From Thermoanaerobaculia bacterium (GTDB lineage: Bacteria; Acidobacteriota; Thermoanaerobaculia; Multivoradales; UBA5704): a stretch of 64,000 nucleotides of DNA. Both the position numbers and the translations under genes were made by a program. Below, piece by piece: positions 51,060-60,769 of the stretch (its first letter is position 1; every line of letters begins with the position of its first letter). The notes under the pieces were generated by a model. The model saw only the letters and a program-made list of their open reading frames with translations, ran no database searches and was not told the origin of the DNA. The stretch covers positions 2,763-66,762 of the forward strand of contig DATARD010000047.1 of the NCBI GenBank assembly GCA_036264355.1, written 5' to 3'.

Positions 51060-52783
51060 TGGTGCGCCGTTTCGTACTGGCGGCCCTGGCTCTTTTCGCG
51101 GCGTCTCTCGCTGTCGCGGCGCCGATCCGTTTCGAGGAGATCGGCGAGAAAGCTGGCGCGCGTTTCGTGCACCACACCCACAAGTTCACCGGCAAGAACG
51201 CCGACGTGCTCGGCATGTTCACCTCCGGCGGTGCCGCGGTCGCGGTGGGCGATTTCGACGGCGACGGCGATGACGATCTGTTCATCACCGACTCCGGCAC
51301 CGGCCGCACCAGCCATCTGCTGCGGAACAACTTCGCCGAGACCGGCAAGCTCACGTTCACCGACGTCACCGCCGAGGCTGGGGTGGGAGGCGGCAACGAT
51401 CCGCATTCGATCGTCTCCGACGCCATCTGGTTCGACGCCGACAACGACGGCCGGCCGGATCTCCTGGTCGCCCGTTTCGGCACGCCGATCCTCTATCACA
51501 ACGAGGGGAACGGAAAGTTCCGTGACGTCACGGCGGCCTCCGGGCTCAACAAATTCGCCAACACGATCGCCGTCATCGCCTTCGATTACGACAACGACGG
51601 CCGTCTCGATCTGCTGTTCGGCAACTATTTTCCGCCCGTCAACCTGATCGATCTCCCGACGCCGCACGTGCTGCCCAACAATCTCGACGCCGCGGACAAC
51701 GGCGGTGGCGTCACCCTGTGGCGGAACGTGACGCCGCCCGGCTCCTCGGATCTCCGTTTCGTCGACGTGACCGAGCAGGCCGGTCTGGCGAAAGACACCC
51801 AGTGGACCCTCGACGTCGGCCACGCCGACTTGAACAACGACGGCTGGCAGGACCTCTATCTGGCCGACGACTACGGCACCGATCATCTATTCATCAATCA
51901 GGGGGGCACCTTCCGCGACGTCACGAAGACGGCGGTGGGCTTCGACACCAAGAAGGGGATGAACGTCGATTTCGCCGACTACGATCACGACGGCTGGCTG
52001 GACATCTATGTCACCAACATCACCGATGAATACATGAAAGAGTGCAACATGCTCTGGCACAACAACCGGGACGGCACGTTCACCGATCTGGCCCGGGAGA
52101 GCGGCACCTGCAATACTCTCTGGGGCTGGGCCGCCAAGTTCGGCGATTTTGATGACGACGGCTGGGAGGATCTGTTCGTGGTGAACGGCCTGCGCTCGGC
52201 GGGGCCGAAGAATTATATCCCGGTGCTGCTCGACATGATCGTCACGCCGGGGATCGATTTCACTGATGTGAACAACTGGCCGCCGATCCATGACATGAGC
52301 TGGAGCGGCCATCAAAAGAAGAAGCTCTTCCGGAATCTGGGAGATCAGACCTTCAAGGAGGTGGCCGCCGAGGCCGGCGTCGCCAACGATCTCGACGGCC
52401 GGGGGATCGGCGTGGCGGACTTCGACAACGACGGCCTGCTCGATCTCTACGAGACCAATGTCGATCAGCCCTCCCTGCTCTATCATGGCGTCTCGGCGCC
52501 GCATGGACACTGGATCGAGCTGACTCTGGTGGGCACGAAGTCGAACCGCGATGCGATCGGCGCCCGTGTGACGGTGCGAGCGGGCGCCAACACCTGGATT
52601 CGAGAGGTGAACGGCGGCAACGGCTACGCGAGCCAGAGCTCGAAGCGGGTGCATGTCGGACTGGGTACCGCCACCAGGATCGATTCGCTGGTGGTGCGCT
52701 GGCCGAGCGGCCGGGTGGAAAGCTTCACGGTGCCGGTCGATAAGATTTCGACGCTCAAGGAAGGGGAGGGAACCGCAAAGTGA
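51059..52783 (+). CDS. Secreted FG-GAP/VCBS plus ASPIC/UnbV protein (CRTAC1-like paralog 2).
   Basis: The ATG overlaps the upstream TGA (tgATG). Signal peptide MVRRFVLAALALFAASLAVAA. FG-GAP loops are present, plus ASPIC/UnbV GGNGYASQSSKRVHVGLG...LVVRWPSGRVE. Confidence 0.75.
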   Translation: MVRRFVLAALALFAASLAVAAPIRFEEIGEKAGARFVHHTHKFTGKNADVLGMFTSGGAAVAVGDFDGDGDDDLFITDSGTGRTSHLLRNNFAETGKLTFTDVTAEAGVGGGNDPHSIVSDAIWFDADNDGRPDLLVARFGTPILYHNEGNGKFRDVTAASGLNKFANTIAVIAFDYDNDGRLDLLFGNYFPPVNLIDLPTPHVLPNNLDAADNGGGVTLWRNVTPPGSSDLRFVDVTEQAGLAKDTQWTLDVGHADLNNDGWQDLYLADDYGTDHLFINQGGTFRDVTKTAVGFDTKKGMNVDFADYDHDGWLDIYVTNITDEYMKECNMLWHNNRDGTFTDLARESGTCNTLWGWAAKFGDFDDDGWEDLFVVNGLRSAGPKNYIPVLLDMIVTPGIDFTDVNNWPPIHDMSWSGHQKKKLFRNLGDQTFKEVAAEAGVANDLDGRGIGVADFDNDGLLDLYETNVDQPSLLYHGVSAPHGHWIELTLVGTKSNRDAIGARVTVRAGANTWIREVNGGNGYASQSSKRVHVGLGTATRIDSLVVRWPSGRVESFTVPVDKISTLKEGEGTAK

Positions 52784-55700
52784 TCTGGCGCCTCGGGCTC
52801 ATCCTTCTTCTCCTGCCGGCCGTGCTCCTCGGAGGCGCGGAGGAGGAGCTCCTCTGGCACCATCGCAATCTCGGCAAAGCGTTCTACGAAAACCCGACAA
52901 CGCAATATGAAGCGGTTGCGGAATTCAAGCAGGCTTTGGAGCTTGCGCCGGACTCTCCCCGCGAGCGCCTCAATTACGGCCTCGCCCTGCTCAAGGCGGG
53001 CAAGGTGGAGGAGGGGATCGCCGAGCTTCAGAAGGTGCAGAAGCAGGCGCCGGAGCTGCCGCACACCTGGTTCAACCTGGGGATCGCGTTCAAAAAGGAT
53101 TCGAAGTACGACAAGGCGATCGTCCAGCTCGAAGGGATGGCTGCCCGCGTGCCCGACGAGCCGGTCACCCACTACAACCTCGGCACGCTCTACAAGCTGA
53201 CCGGCAAACCCGAGGCGTCGCTGCGGGAGTTCGAGACGGCGGCCCGCCTCGGTCCCGATCTTGCCGGTCCTCGGTTTCAGCTTTACAACGCGTATCGCCA
53301 GGCCGGCCGCGCCGAGGAGGCGGCGCAAGAGCTGGAGCGTTTCAAGGCCAACAAAGCGCGCCAGGAAGGCGCCGCCGTCCCCGAGGACCTGGAGTGGAGC
53401 TGGTACGCGGAAGTGCTGGATGACATCACGCCATGGACGGAAAAGTCCGCCGCCGGCAGGAAACCCGCGCCGAAGCTGAAGCTCACGCCCACAGAGCTGG
53501 CCCGCGGCCTCGACTCCGTCACCGCCGGCCTGGCGGTCCTCGACGCGGACGGCGACGGCGTGCCGGACCTGCTCGCCTGGTCGAAGCAGGGAATTCTCCT
53601 TTTCCGGAGCGGAACGGTGAGAATCGAGGCGACCGGTCTCGAAGAGCTGCGCAATGTCATCGCTGTCGTTCCCGGCGATTTCGACAACGACGGCCTGCCC
53701 GATCTCTGCGTGCTCAATCCGTCACCGTCGCTCTGGAAGAATACCGGCGGCGGACATTTCGCACGAGTCGCAGCCACTCTTCCGACAGGACCGTTCGCGG
53801 CGGCGATCTGGCTGGACGTGGATCATGATTACGATCTCGATCTCATTCTGCTCGGCGAGCGCTCGGCCCTGCTGCGCAACCAGGGGGCGGCCGGTTGGAG
53901 CGACGAAACCGCCCGTTTCCCGTTCGCGCGCCGCAAGGCGATCGCCGGCGTCGTGCTCGACGCTGTCTCCGACACCCAGGGGCGGGACCTCGTGGTCTCC
54001 TACGCCGACCGTCCCGGCGTCCTCTACCACGATCGCCTCGGCGGCTTCTATGTGGCGGAGGAGCTGCCCGGTCTGCCCGCGGGAGCGCGTTGGCTGACCG
54101 CCTGGGACACCGACCAGGACGGCTGGACCGATCTCGCGGCCGCCGTGCCCGCGAGGGTCCTCATGCTGCACAACCGGCGGAGCCAATGGGGCAAGCTCGA
54201 GGCGGAGGCCAGTCCCACCGCGTCCGGTCCCTTCGTCTTCGCCGACCTGACCAACCAGGGCGTAAGCGATCTGATGACTCTTCCTGGCATCGTTGCAATC
54301 ACTGCCGCGGATTTCGACGCCGACGGCCGCACCGACCTCGCCACCGTCGGAACCGACGGCATCCTGCGCCGGCTGCATAACGAAACCGTGACCGACAACC
54401 GCTGGATCTCCGTGACGCTCGAAGGAGTGAAAAATCTGAAGCTCGCTCCCGGCGCCTCCGTGGAGGTCAAGGCAGGCGCGAGCTTCCAGAAGCAGGCCTG
54501 GGCCGGGGTCCCGCTCGTTTTCGGCCTGGGGGAGAGACAGAGCGTCGACACGGTCCGCATCACCTGGCCCAATGGCCTCATTCAGAACGAAACGAAGCAG
54601 GCCGCCGGTGCGCACAAATTCAAAGAAGCGCCGCGCCTCTCCGGCTCGTGCCCGATGATCTTCACCTGGGATGGTGCCGGGTTCCGTTTCATCACCGACG
54701 TGCTCGGCGTCGCGCCGCTCGGCGCCAGCTCGGGTGACGGCAATTACTTTCCGGTGGATCATGACGAATACGTGCAGATCCCCGGCGAAGCGCTCGCCGT
54801 CAAGGACGGCAGGTACGAGGTGCGGATCACCGAAGAGCTGCGCGAGGTGTCCTATCTCGACGCGGTCCATCTGCTGGCGCTCGATCATCCGACGGACACA
54901 GAAATCTTTACCAATGACAAGTTCAAGAGCCCGCCGTTTCCCGAGTACAGGCTGTTCGGCGTGCAGCGGCGCATCTATCCCTCGGCCGCCCGCGACGGGA
55001 ACGGGAAAGATGTGCTGCCGCGACTTCTGGCGCGCGACAACACCTATCCGGACGGCTTCCGGCACAACGCCGCCGGAGTCGCCGAGCTGCATACGCTGGA
55101 TCTCGATTTCAAAGGTGCGGCGCCGGACGGCCGCGCTGTGTTGATCCTTTCGGGCTGGGTCGATTGGGCCGACGGCAGCACCTTCCTCGGCGCCGCGCAG
55201 GAATCCAAAGACGGCCTCGTCTTCCCCTATCTTCAGGTCAAGGACGCGGCCGGGCAGTGGCGCACGGTGATCGAGGACATGGGGATGCCTTCGGGCAAGC
55301 CGAAGACGATCGCTGTCGATCTGACCGGCAAGTTCCTCTCTGCCTCGCGGGAGGTGCGCATCGTCACCGGTCTCTGCGTCTATTGGGACGAGATTTTCCT
55401 CGCCGAGCAGAGCGGGCCGCCGGAGGTGATGCAGACCGAGCTCGTTCCACGGACGGCTGATTTACGCTTCCGCGGCTTCTCGCGGCCGGTGATCGATCCA
55501 GAGCGCCGCCAGCCCGAACAATTCGACTATCAGAGCTGGATGCCGGCCGGCGTGGCGGGAATGACGACCTGGAACCCCACGCCCGGCCTCTACACCCGCT
55601 ACGGCGACGTCCGCCCGCTCCTTGCCGGCGTGGACGATCTGCTGGTGATCCTGGGCTCCGGTGACGAGGTCCGCCTGACCTTCGACGCAGCGGCCCTGCC

Positions 55701-55947
55701 GCCGCTCCAAGCGGGTTGGCGCCGCGACTTCCTGCTCCTGGTCGACGGCTGGGCCAAGGACGCCGACGCCAACACCGCCTTCTCGCAGACCGTGGAGCCG
55801 CTCCCGTTCCACGGCATGTCCAGGTATCCCTATCCGCCGGAGGAGCATTTTCCAAACGACTCGATCCATACCCTCTACCGGGAGATGTACAACACCCGTC
55901 CCGCGCTGCGCCTGGTCCACCCGTTGCGCGGTCAGGAGGAGCCATGA
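52780..55947 (+). CDS. Secreted N-terminal TPR + FG-GAP + ASPIC/UnbV-like protein with a ~400-aa uncharacterised C-terminal extension (paralog 3).
   Basis: A GTG start overlaps the upstream stop. Signal peptide, then TPR helices, FG-GAP loops (DADGDGVPDLL, DFDNDGLPDL, DFDADGRTDL) and ASPIC-like GASFQKQAWAGVPLVFGLG...VRITWPNGLIQ. The novel C-terminal region starts at CPMIFTWDGAGFRF. Confidence 0.7.
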   Translation: MIWRLGLILLLLPAVLLGGAEEELLWHHRNLGKAFYENPTTQYEAVAEFKQALELAPDSPRERLNYGLALLKAGKVEEGIAELQKVQKQAPELPHTWFNLGIAFKKDSKYDKAIVQLEGMAARVPDEPVTHYNLGTLYKLTGKPEASLREFETAARLGPDLAGPRFQLYNAYRQAGRAEEAAQELERFKANKARQEGAAVPEDLEWSWYAEVLDDITPWTEKSAAGRKPAPKLKLTPTELARGLDSVTAGLAVLDADGDGVPDLLAWSKQGILLFRSGTVRIEATGLEELRNVIAVVPGDFDNDGLPDLCVLNPSPSLWKNTGGGHFARVAATLPTGPFAAAIWLDVDHDYDLDLILLGERSALLRNQGAAGWSDETARFPFARRKAIAGVVLDAVSDTQGRDLVVSYADRPGVLYHDRLGGFYVAEELPGLPAGARWLTAWDTDQDGWTDLAAAVPARVLMLHNRRSQWGKLEAEASPTASGPFVFADLTNQGVSDLMTLPGIVAITAADFDADGRTDLATVGTDGILRRLHNETVTDNRWISVTLEGVKNLKLAPGASVEVKAGASFQKQAWAGVPLVFGLGERQSVDTVRITWPNGLIQNETKQAAGAHKFKEAPRLSGSCPMIFTWDGAGFRFITDVLGVAPLGASSGDGNYFPVDHDEYVQIPGEALAVKDGRYEVRITEELREVSYLDAVHLLALDHPTDTEIFTNDKFKSPPFPEYRLFGVQRRIYPSAARDGNGKDVLPRLLARDNTYPDGFRHNAAGVAELHTLDLDFKGAAPDGRAVLILSGWVDWADGSTFLGAAQESKDGLVFPYLQVKDAAGQWRTVIEDMGMPSGKPKTIAVDLTGKFLSASREVRIVTGLCVYWDEIFLAEQSGPPEVMQTELVPRTADLRFRGFSRPVIDPERRQPEQFDYQSWMPAGVAGMTTWNPTPGLYTRYGDVRPLLAGVDDLLVILGSGDEVRLTFDAAALPPLQAGWRRDFLLLVDGWAKDADANTAFSQTVEPLPFHGMSRYPYPPEEHFPNDSIHTLYREMYNTRPALRLVHPLRGQEEP

Positions 55948-58730
55948 AGCTGACTCGATGGATCACGATTCTGTTTCTCGTGCTGCTGGTGAACACCGCC
56001 TACCTGGCGGCTTTCGCCGCGCCGACGGTGTTCTACATGGCCAACGTGCTGCTGCACCTCGTTCTCGGGGTGGCGCTGGCGATCGCCGGAGCGATCCTGC
56101 TCTGGCGGCGCCCTGAGCTGCGCACCGGTCTCACCGCAGCTATCGTCCTTTTCGGCGTCGCCCTCGCCGCCGGTCTCTGGCTGACGATCGAGGGCAATCT
56201 CCTGCAATACCGCTGGGTGCTGTGGACCCATATCGCGTCCGCCGGGCTGGGAGTCGCCGCTCTCGCCGTCTGGTCGGTGCGGCGAGCCTCTCCATCTTTC
56301 CGGCGAGCGCTCACCGCGGCCATCGCCCTGCTCGTGCTGCTGCCGGCCGGGGCAGCTCTCTGGCGGCGCAGCCATCCGAATCCGGACGACCGCATCCACA
56401 ATCCGCTGATCGTTCCCGCCTCGATGCAGGAAGAGGGCGGCGGACCGAAGTCGCCGTTCTTCCCCTCGTCGGCGAAGACCAACGTCGGCGGCATCATTCC
56501 GTCGAATTTCTTCATGGACTCGGCCACCTGCGGCGAGTGTCACAAGGACATCTATGCGCAGTGGAACAGCTCGGCGCACCACTTCGCGTCGTTCAACAAT
56601 CAGTTCTACCGCAAGTCGATCGAATACATGCAGGACACGGTCGGCCCGCAGCCGAGCAAATGGTGCGCCGGCTGCCACGATCACGCGGTGTTCTTCAACG
56701 GCCGTTTCGAGCGCCCGATCAAGCAGCAGCTCGACACTCCCGAAGCGCACGCCGGTCTCGCCTGCACCTCCTGCCATGCCATCACCCACGTGGACAGCTC
56801 GATGGGCAATGGCGGCTTCACGATCGAATATCCGCCGCTCCATGAGCTGGCCAACAGCAAGAACCCGGTGATCAAGGCGGCGGATCACTTCCTCACCTAT
56901 CTCGATCCGGAGCCGCACCGGCGGACGTTCATGAAGCCGTTCATGAGGATGGACTCGGCCGAGTTCTGCGCCTCCTGCCACAAGGTCCATCTCGACGTGC
57001 CGGTCAACTCGTACCGCTGGTTCCGCGGCTTCAACGACTATGACAACTGGCAGGCGAGCGGCGTGTCGGGGCAGGGCGCGCGTTCCTTCTATTATCCGAA
57101 GGCGACCAAGACCTGCGCCGACTGCCACATGCCGCTGGTCGATTCGCAGGACCCCGGCAACCGCGGTGGCCAGGTGCACTCGCACCGCTTCCCGGCGGCC
57201 AACACGGCGCTCGCCTTCGTCAACCACGACACCAAACAGATGGAGACGGAGGAGAAGTTTCTGCAATCGGGTTTTATCACAGTGGATCTGTTCGCCGCGT
57301 CGCCGGTGGAGGAGGGGAAGGGGGAGACGCCGATGCTGCGGCGGGCGGCCGCGGACGCCTCCGGTCCCAAGCTGATGACCACGTTTGCCGTCGGCGAGGA
57401 GGCGGAGCAGAGCGGGCCGGTGGTGATCCGGGACGTGGGGAAAGTCGCCGCGCCGCTTGACGTGGCCGGTCCCACCCTCAAGCCGGGCTCGACGGTGCGG
57501 GTCGACGCGGTGGTGCGCACGCGGACGATCGGTCACTTTTTCCCCGGCGGCACGGTGGACGCGTTCGACGTCTGGCTGGAGCTGCAGGCGAAGGACGCGA
57601 CCGGGAAAGTGATCTTCTGGAGCGGCCAGGCCGAGGACGACGGAAAGGGGCCGGTCGAGCCGGGCGCGCACTTCTACCGTTCCTACGCACTCGACGGCGA
57701 AGGAAACCCGATCAACAAGCGCAACGCCTGGCAGGCGCGCAGCGTGCTCTACACGCGGCTGATCCCGCCCGGCGCCGCCGACGTCGTGCACTACCGCATG
57801 CAGATCCCGGCCGACGCCCAGGGTCCGGTTACCCTGACCGCCAAGCTCAACTATCGCAAATTCGCCTGGTATTACACCCGGTTCGCCTATGCCGGCCAGC
57901 CGAAGCCCGGGCAGTCGCCGGAGCTGATCTCGGCCCACTTCAACAATCTCGAATACTCCTTCGACAAAGCGAACATTCCGGCCAACGTCTCGGGACAGAT
58001 CAAAGGGGAGATCCCGGATCTGCCGATCCTCGTGCTGGCCAAGGCGGAGACGACGCTGGAGCTGGGAGACGGCAAAGCCGATTGGAAGCCGGCAGTGCGC
58101 AAGGAGGATCGCGAACGGTGGAACGACTGGGGGATCGGATTGCTCCTCCAGGGCGATTTGAAGGGCGCCGAATACGCGTTCCAACGGGTGACCGAAGCCG
58201 AGCCGGGTTACGCCGACGGCTGGCTCAACGTCGCCCGCGCGCTGATCCGCGAAGGCGAGGTGGAGGCGGCCAAGCCCTACGTGCAAAAGGCCCTCGCCAT
58301 CGATCCGAGCCTGGGGCGCATCTACTTCTTCAAGGCGATGATCGAAAAAGCGGACGGGGACTACGACGCCGCGCTCGCCTCCCTGCGCACGGTGGAGTCG
58401 AAATATCCGCGCGACCGGGTGGTGCTCGATCAGATTGCGCGTATCCTATTCCTCAAGCGGCAGTACCGCGAGGCGGTGGCGGTGTTGGAGCGGGTCTGTA
58501 TGATCGATCCTGAAGATTTGCAGATGCACTATACGGCGATGCTCTGCTGGCGCGCCCTGGGTGACAGCGCGAAGGCGGCGCGCGAGGAGGCGCTGTTCCG
58601 CCGTTTCAAGGCCGAGGAGTCGTCGCAGGCGATCACCGCGAAACAGCGGATGATCAGCCCGGAGGATAACAACGAGCGGCAGCAGATCCACGACCACGAG
58701 AGCGTGCCGCTGCGGGAGAATCGATCATGA
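55944..58730 (+). CDS. Membrane-anchored pentaheme c-type cytochrome with an N-terminal five-TM domain and C-terminal TPR repeats.
   Basis: Five CxxCH motifs (CGECH, CAGCH, CTSCH, CASCH, CADCH). Five hydrophobic helices in the first ~230 aa. The C-terminal ~250 aa are TPR-like. The ATG overlaps the upstream stop (ATGA). The track start at 55716 is over-extended. Confidence 0.8.
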   Translation: MKLTRWITILFLVLLVNTAYLAAFAAPTVFYMANVLLHLVLGVALAIAGAILLWRRPELRTGLTAAIVLFGVALAAGLWLTIEGNLLQYRWVLWTHIASAGLGVAALAVWSVRRASPSFRRALTAAIALLVLLPAGAALWRRSHPNPDDRIHNPLIVPASMQEEGGGPKSPFFPSSAKTNVGGIIPSNFFMDSATCGECHKDIYAQWNSSAHHFASFNNQFYRKSIEYMQDTVGPQPSKWCAGCHDHAVFFNGRFERPIKQQLDTPEAHAGLACTSCHAITHVDSSMGNGGFTIEYPPLHELANSKNPVIKAADHFLTYLDPEPHRRTFMKPFMRMDSAEFCASCHKVHLDVPVNSYRWFRGFNDYDNWQASGVSGQGARSFYYPKATKTCADCHMPLVDSQDPGNRGGQVHSHRFPAANTALAFVNHDTKQMETEEKFLQSGFITVDLFAASPVEEGKGETPMLRRAAADASGPKLMTTFAVGEEAEQSGPVVIRDVGKVAAPLDVAGPTLKPGSTVRVDAVVRTRTIGHFFPGGTVDAFDVWLELQAKDATGKVIFWSGQAEDDGKGPVEPGAHFYRSYALDGEGNPINKRNAWQARSVLYTRLIPPGAADVVHYRMQIPADAQGPVTLTAKLNYRKFAWYYTRFAYAGQPKPGQSPELISAHFNNLEYSFDKANIPANVSGQIKGEIPDLPILVLAKAETTLELGDGKADWKPAVRKEDRERWNDWGIGLLLQGDLKGAEYAFQRVTEAEPGYADGWLNVARALIREGEVEAAKPYVQKALAIDPSLGRIYFFKAMIEKADGDYDAALASLRTVESKYPRDRVVLDQIARILFLKRQYREAVAVLERVCMIDPEDLQMHYTAMLCWRALGDSAKAAREEALFRRFKAEESSQAITAKQRMISPEDNNERQQIHDHESVPLRENRS

Positions 58731-60406
58731 AGCCTGCTCTGCCCGCTTTTTTCCTCGCCGCCTGTGGCCTGGCCGCGCTCGTGGCCCGCGGCGCGGCGCC
58801 CGCCGCCGAGAGCACTGTCCACTTTACGGACATCACAGCGTCAGCGGGTATCCGGTTCATCCACAACAGCGGCCGGGCGGGCAAGAAATATCTGCCCGAG
58901 ACGCTGGGCTCCGGCGCCGCTTTTTTCGACGCCGACGGCGACGGCTGGCTCGACATCCTGCTGATCAACGGCCGCGACTGGCAGCCCAAAGGCCGCAAAT
59001 CTCTGCCGGCGCTCTATCACAACAACCACGACGGCACGTTCACCGACGTCACCCGGGGGAGCGGCCTCGACGTCGAGCTCTACGGTCTCGGCGTCGCCAT
59101 CGCGGACTACGACAACGACGGCCGGGAGGACGTCTACATCACCGCGCTCGAAGGCGACCGTCTCTATCACAACGAGGGACATGGCAAGTTCAAGGACGTG
59201 ACCGCGTCCGCGGGGATCCGGAACGCGTCGTTCGGTACCAGCGCCGCATGGCTCGACTACGACCGCGACGGCAAGGCCGACCTGTTCGTGGCGAACTACG
59301 TGCAATGGAGCGCGGAGAAGGACCTCTGGTGCTCGCTCGACGGCGCGAGCAAGTCCTACTGCACGCCGGAGTCGTACAAGGGGAGCTCGTCGAAGCTCTA
59401 CCACAATCTCGGCAACGGCAAGTTCGAGGACGTCAGCCAGAAGGCCGGGGTGGGCGATCCGACCAGCAAGTCGCTCGGCGTCGCGGTGCTCGACGTCAAC
59501 GGCGACGGCTGGCCGGACCTCTTCGTGGCCAACGACACGCAGCCCAACAAGCTCTATATCAACCAGAAGAACGGCACGTTCTCTGAGCAGGGCTTGCAGG
59601 CCGGTGTCGCTTATGGCGAGGACGGCGTCGCGCGCGGCGCGATGGGGGTGGACGCGGCGGACTACGACCGCTCGGGCCGCCAGCACCTGCTGGTGGGCAA
59701 CTTCTCGAACGAGATGCTGGCGCTCTACCACAACGAGGGGAACGGCGTCTTCGTCGACGAGGCGCCGGCCTCGGCGGTGGGGCGGGAGAGCCTGCTGACC
59801 CTCACCTTCGGCGTGTTCTTCTTCGACTACGACCTCGACGGCCGGCCGGACATCTTCGCCGCGAACGGCCACATCGAGGAGGAGATCGGCCGCGTGCAGC
59901 CGCGGGTGCACTACCGGCAGGCGCCGCTGGTGTTCCGCAATCTGGGGGGCGGCAAGTTCGCGCCGGTGACCGCGCAGCTCGGGCCGGATCTCGCCAAGCC
60001 CATGGTGGCCCGCGGCGCGGTCTACGGCGACATCGATCACGACGGCGATCTCGACGTGCTGGTGACCACCAACGGCGGCCCGCCGCACCTCTACCGCAAC
60101 GACGGCGGCAACCGCAACCACTGGCTCTCCGTGCGCACCGTGGGGACGAAGTCGACGCGTGACGGCCTGGGAGCGGTGGTGCGGGTGACGAGCGCCCTGG
60201 GCAAGCAGTGGGGGATGGTGCGCAGCGGCTCCTCCTACTGCTCGCAGAGTGATCTCGCCCTCACTTTCGGGCTTGGCCGCGACAGCCGGGTGGCGGCGGT
60301 GGAGGTGGAGTGGCCGAGCGGCGTCCGGCAGCGCTTCGCCGATCTGCCGGTGGACCGCCTGCTCCTCATCGACGAAACGAAGGGGATCGTCGCCGGGGGG
60401 AGGTGA
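58727..60406 (+). CDS. Secreted FG-GAP/VCBS plus ASPIC/UnbV protein (CRTAC1-like paralog 4).
   Basis: ATGA overlap with the cytochrome gene. Signal peptide MKPALPAFFLAACGLAALVARGAAPA. FG-GAP loops (DADGDGWLDILL, DYDNDGREDVYI, DYDRDGKADLFV). ASPIC/UnbV core GSSYCSQSDLALTFGLG...VEVEWPSGVRQ. Confidence 0.78.
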   Translation: MKPALPAFFLAACGLAALVARGAAPAAESTVHFTDITASAGIRFIHNSGRAGKKYLPETLGSGAAFFDADGDGWLDILLINGRDWQPKGRKSLPALYHNNHDGTFTDVTRGSGLDVELYGLGVAIADYDNDGREDVYITALEGDRLYHNEGHGKFKDVTASAGIRNASFGTSAAWLDYDRDGKADLFVANYVQWSAEKDLWCSLDGASKSYCTPESYKGSSSKLYHNLGNGKFEDVSQKAGVGDPTSKSLGVAVLDVNGDGWPDLFVANDTQPNKLYINQKNGTFSEQGLQAGVAYGEDGVARGAMGVDAADYDRSGRQHLLVGNFSNEMLALYHNEGNGVFVDEAPASAVGRESLLTLTFGVFFFDYDLDGRPDIFAANGHIEEEIGRVQPRVHYRQAPLVFRNLGGGKFAPVTAQLGPDLAKPMVARGAVYGDIDHDGDLDVLVTTNGGPPHLYRNDGGNRNHWLSVRTVGTKSTRDGLGAVVRVTSALGKQWGMVRSGSSYCSQSDLALTFGLGRDSRVAAVEVEWPSGVRQRFADLPVDRLLLIDETKGIVAGGR

Positions 60407-60490
60407 TGTGTGTAACGGATGGAGACTGGCATACGCCAGAGTCAGTGAACCGGGTTGACATGAAGTCTTTGAGACCAGGAGGACGGTGAA

Positions 60491-60769
60491 ATGAACGATC
60501 AAGAAGTTTCCGCCAAGATCAAGCAGATCATCTCGAACATCGCGGGTCTCGACCCGCAGAAGATTCCCGACGGATCTTCGCTGCGCGACGATCTGAAGCT
60601 CGATTCCCTGTCGCTGCTGGAGATCGGCGTCGACGTGGACCTGGCCTTCCAGCTCAACCTTCCCGACGAGCGCTACAAGGAGATCGCGACGCTGCCGCAG
60701 ATGGTGCATCTGGTGCAGGAGCGCCGGAGTGAGATCGCGGCCGGTCAGGTCGAGGTCGTCCACCGATGA
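60491..60769 (+). CDS. Acyl carrier protein.
   Basis: 92 aa with the phosphopantetheine attachment motif DLKLDSLSLLEIGVDVD. It lies immediately upstream of a KS pair. Confidence 0.8.
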   Translation: MNDQEVSAKIKQIISNIAGLDPQKIPDGSSLRDDLKLDSLSLLEIGVDVDLAFQLNLPDERYKEIATLPQMVHLVQERRSEIAAGQVEVVHR

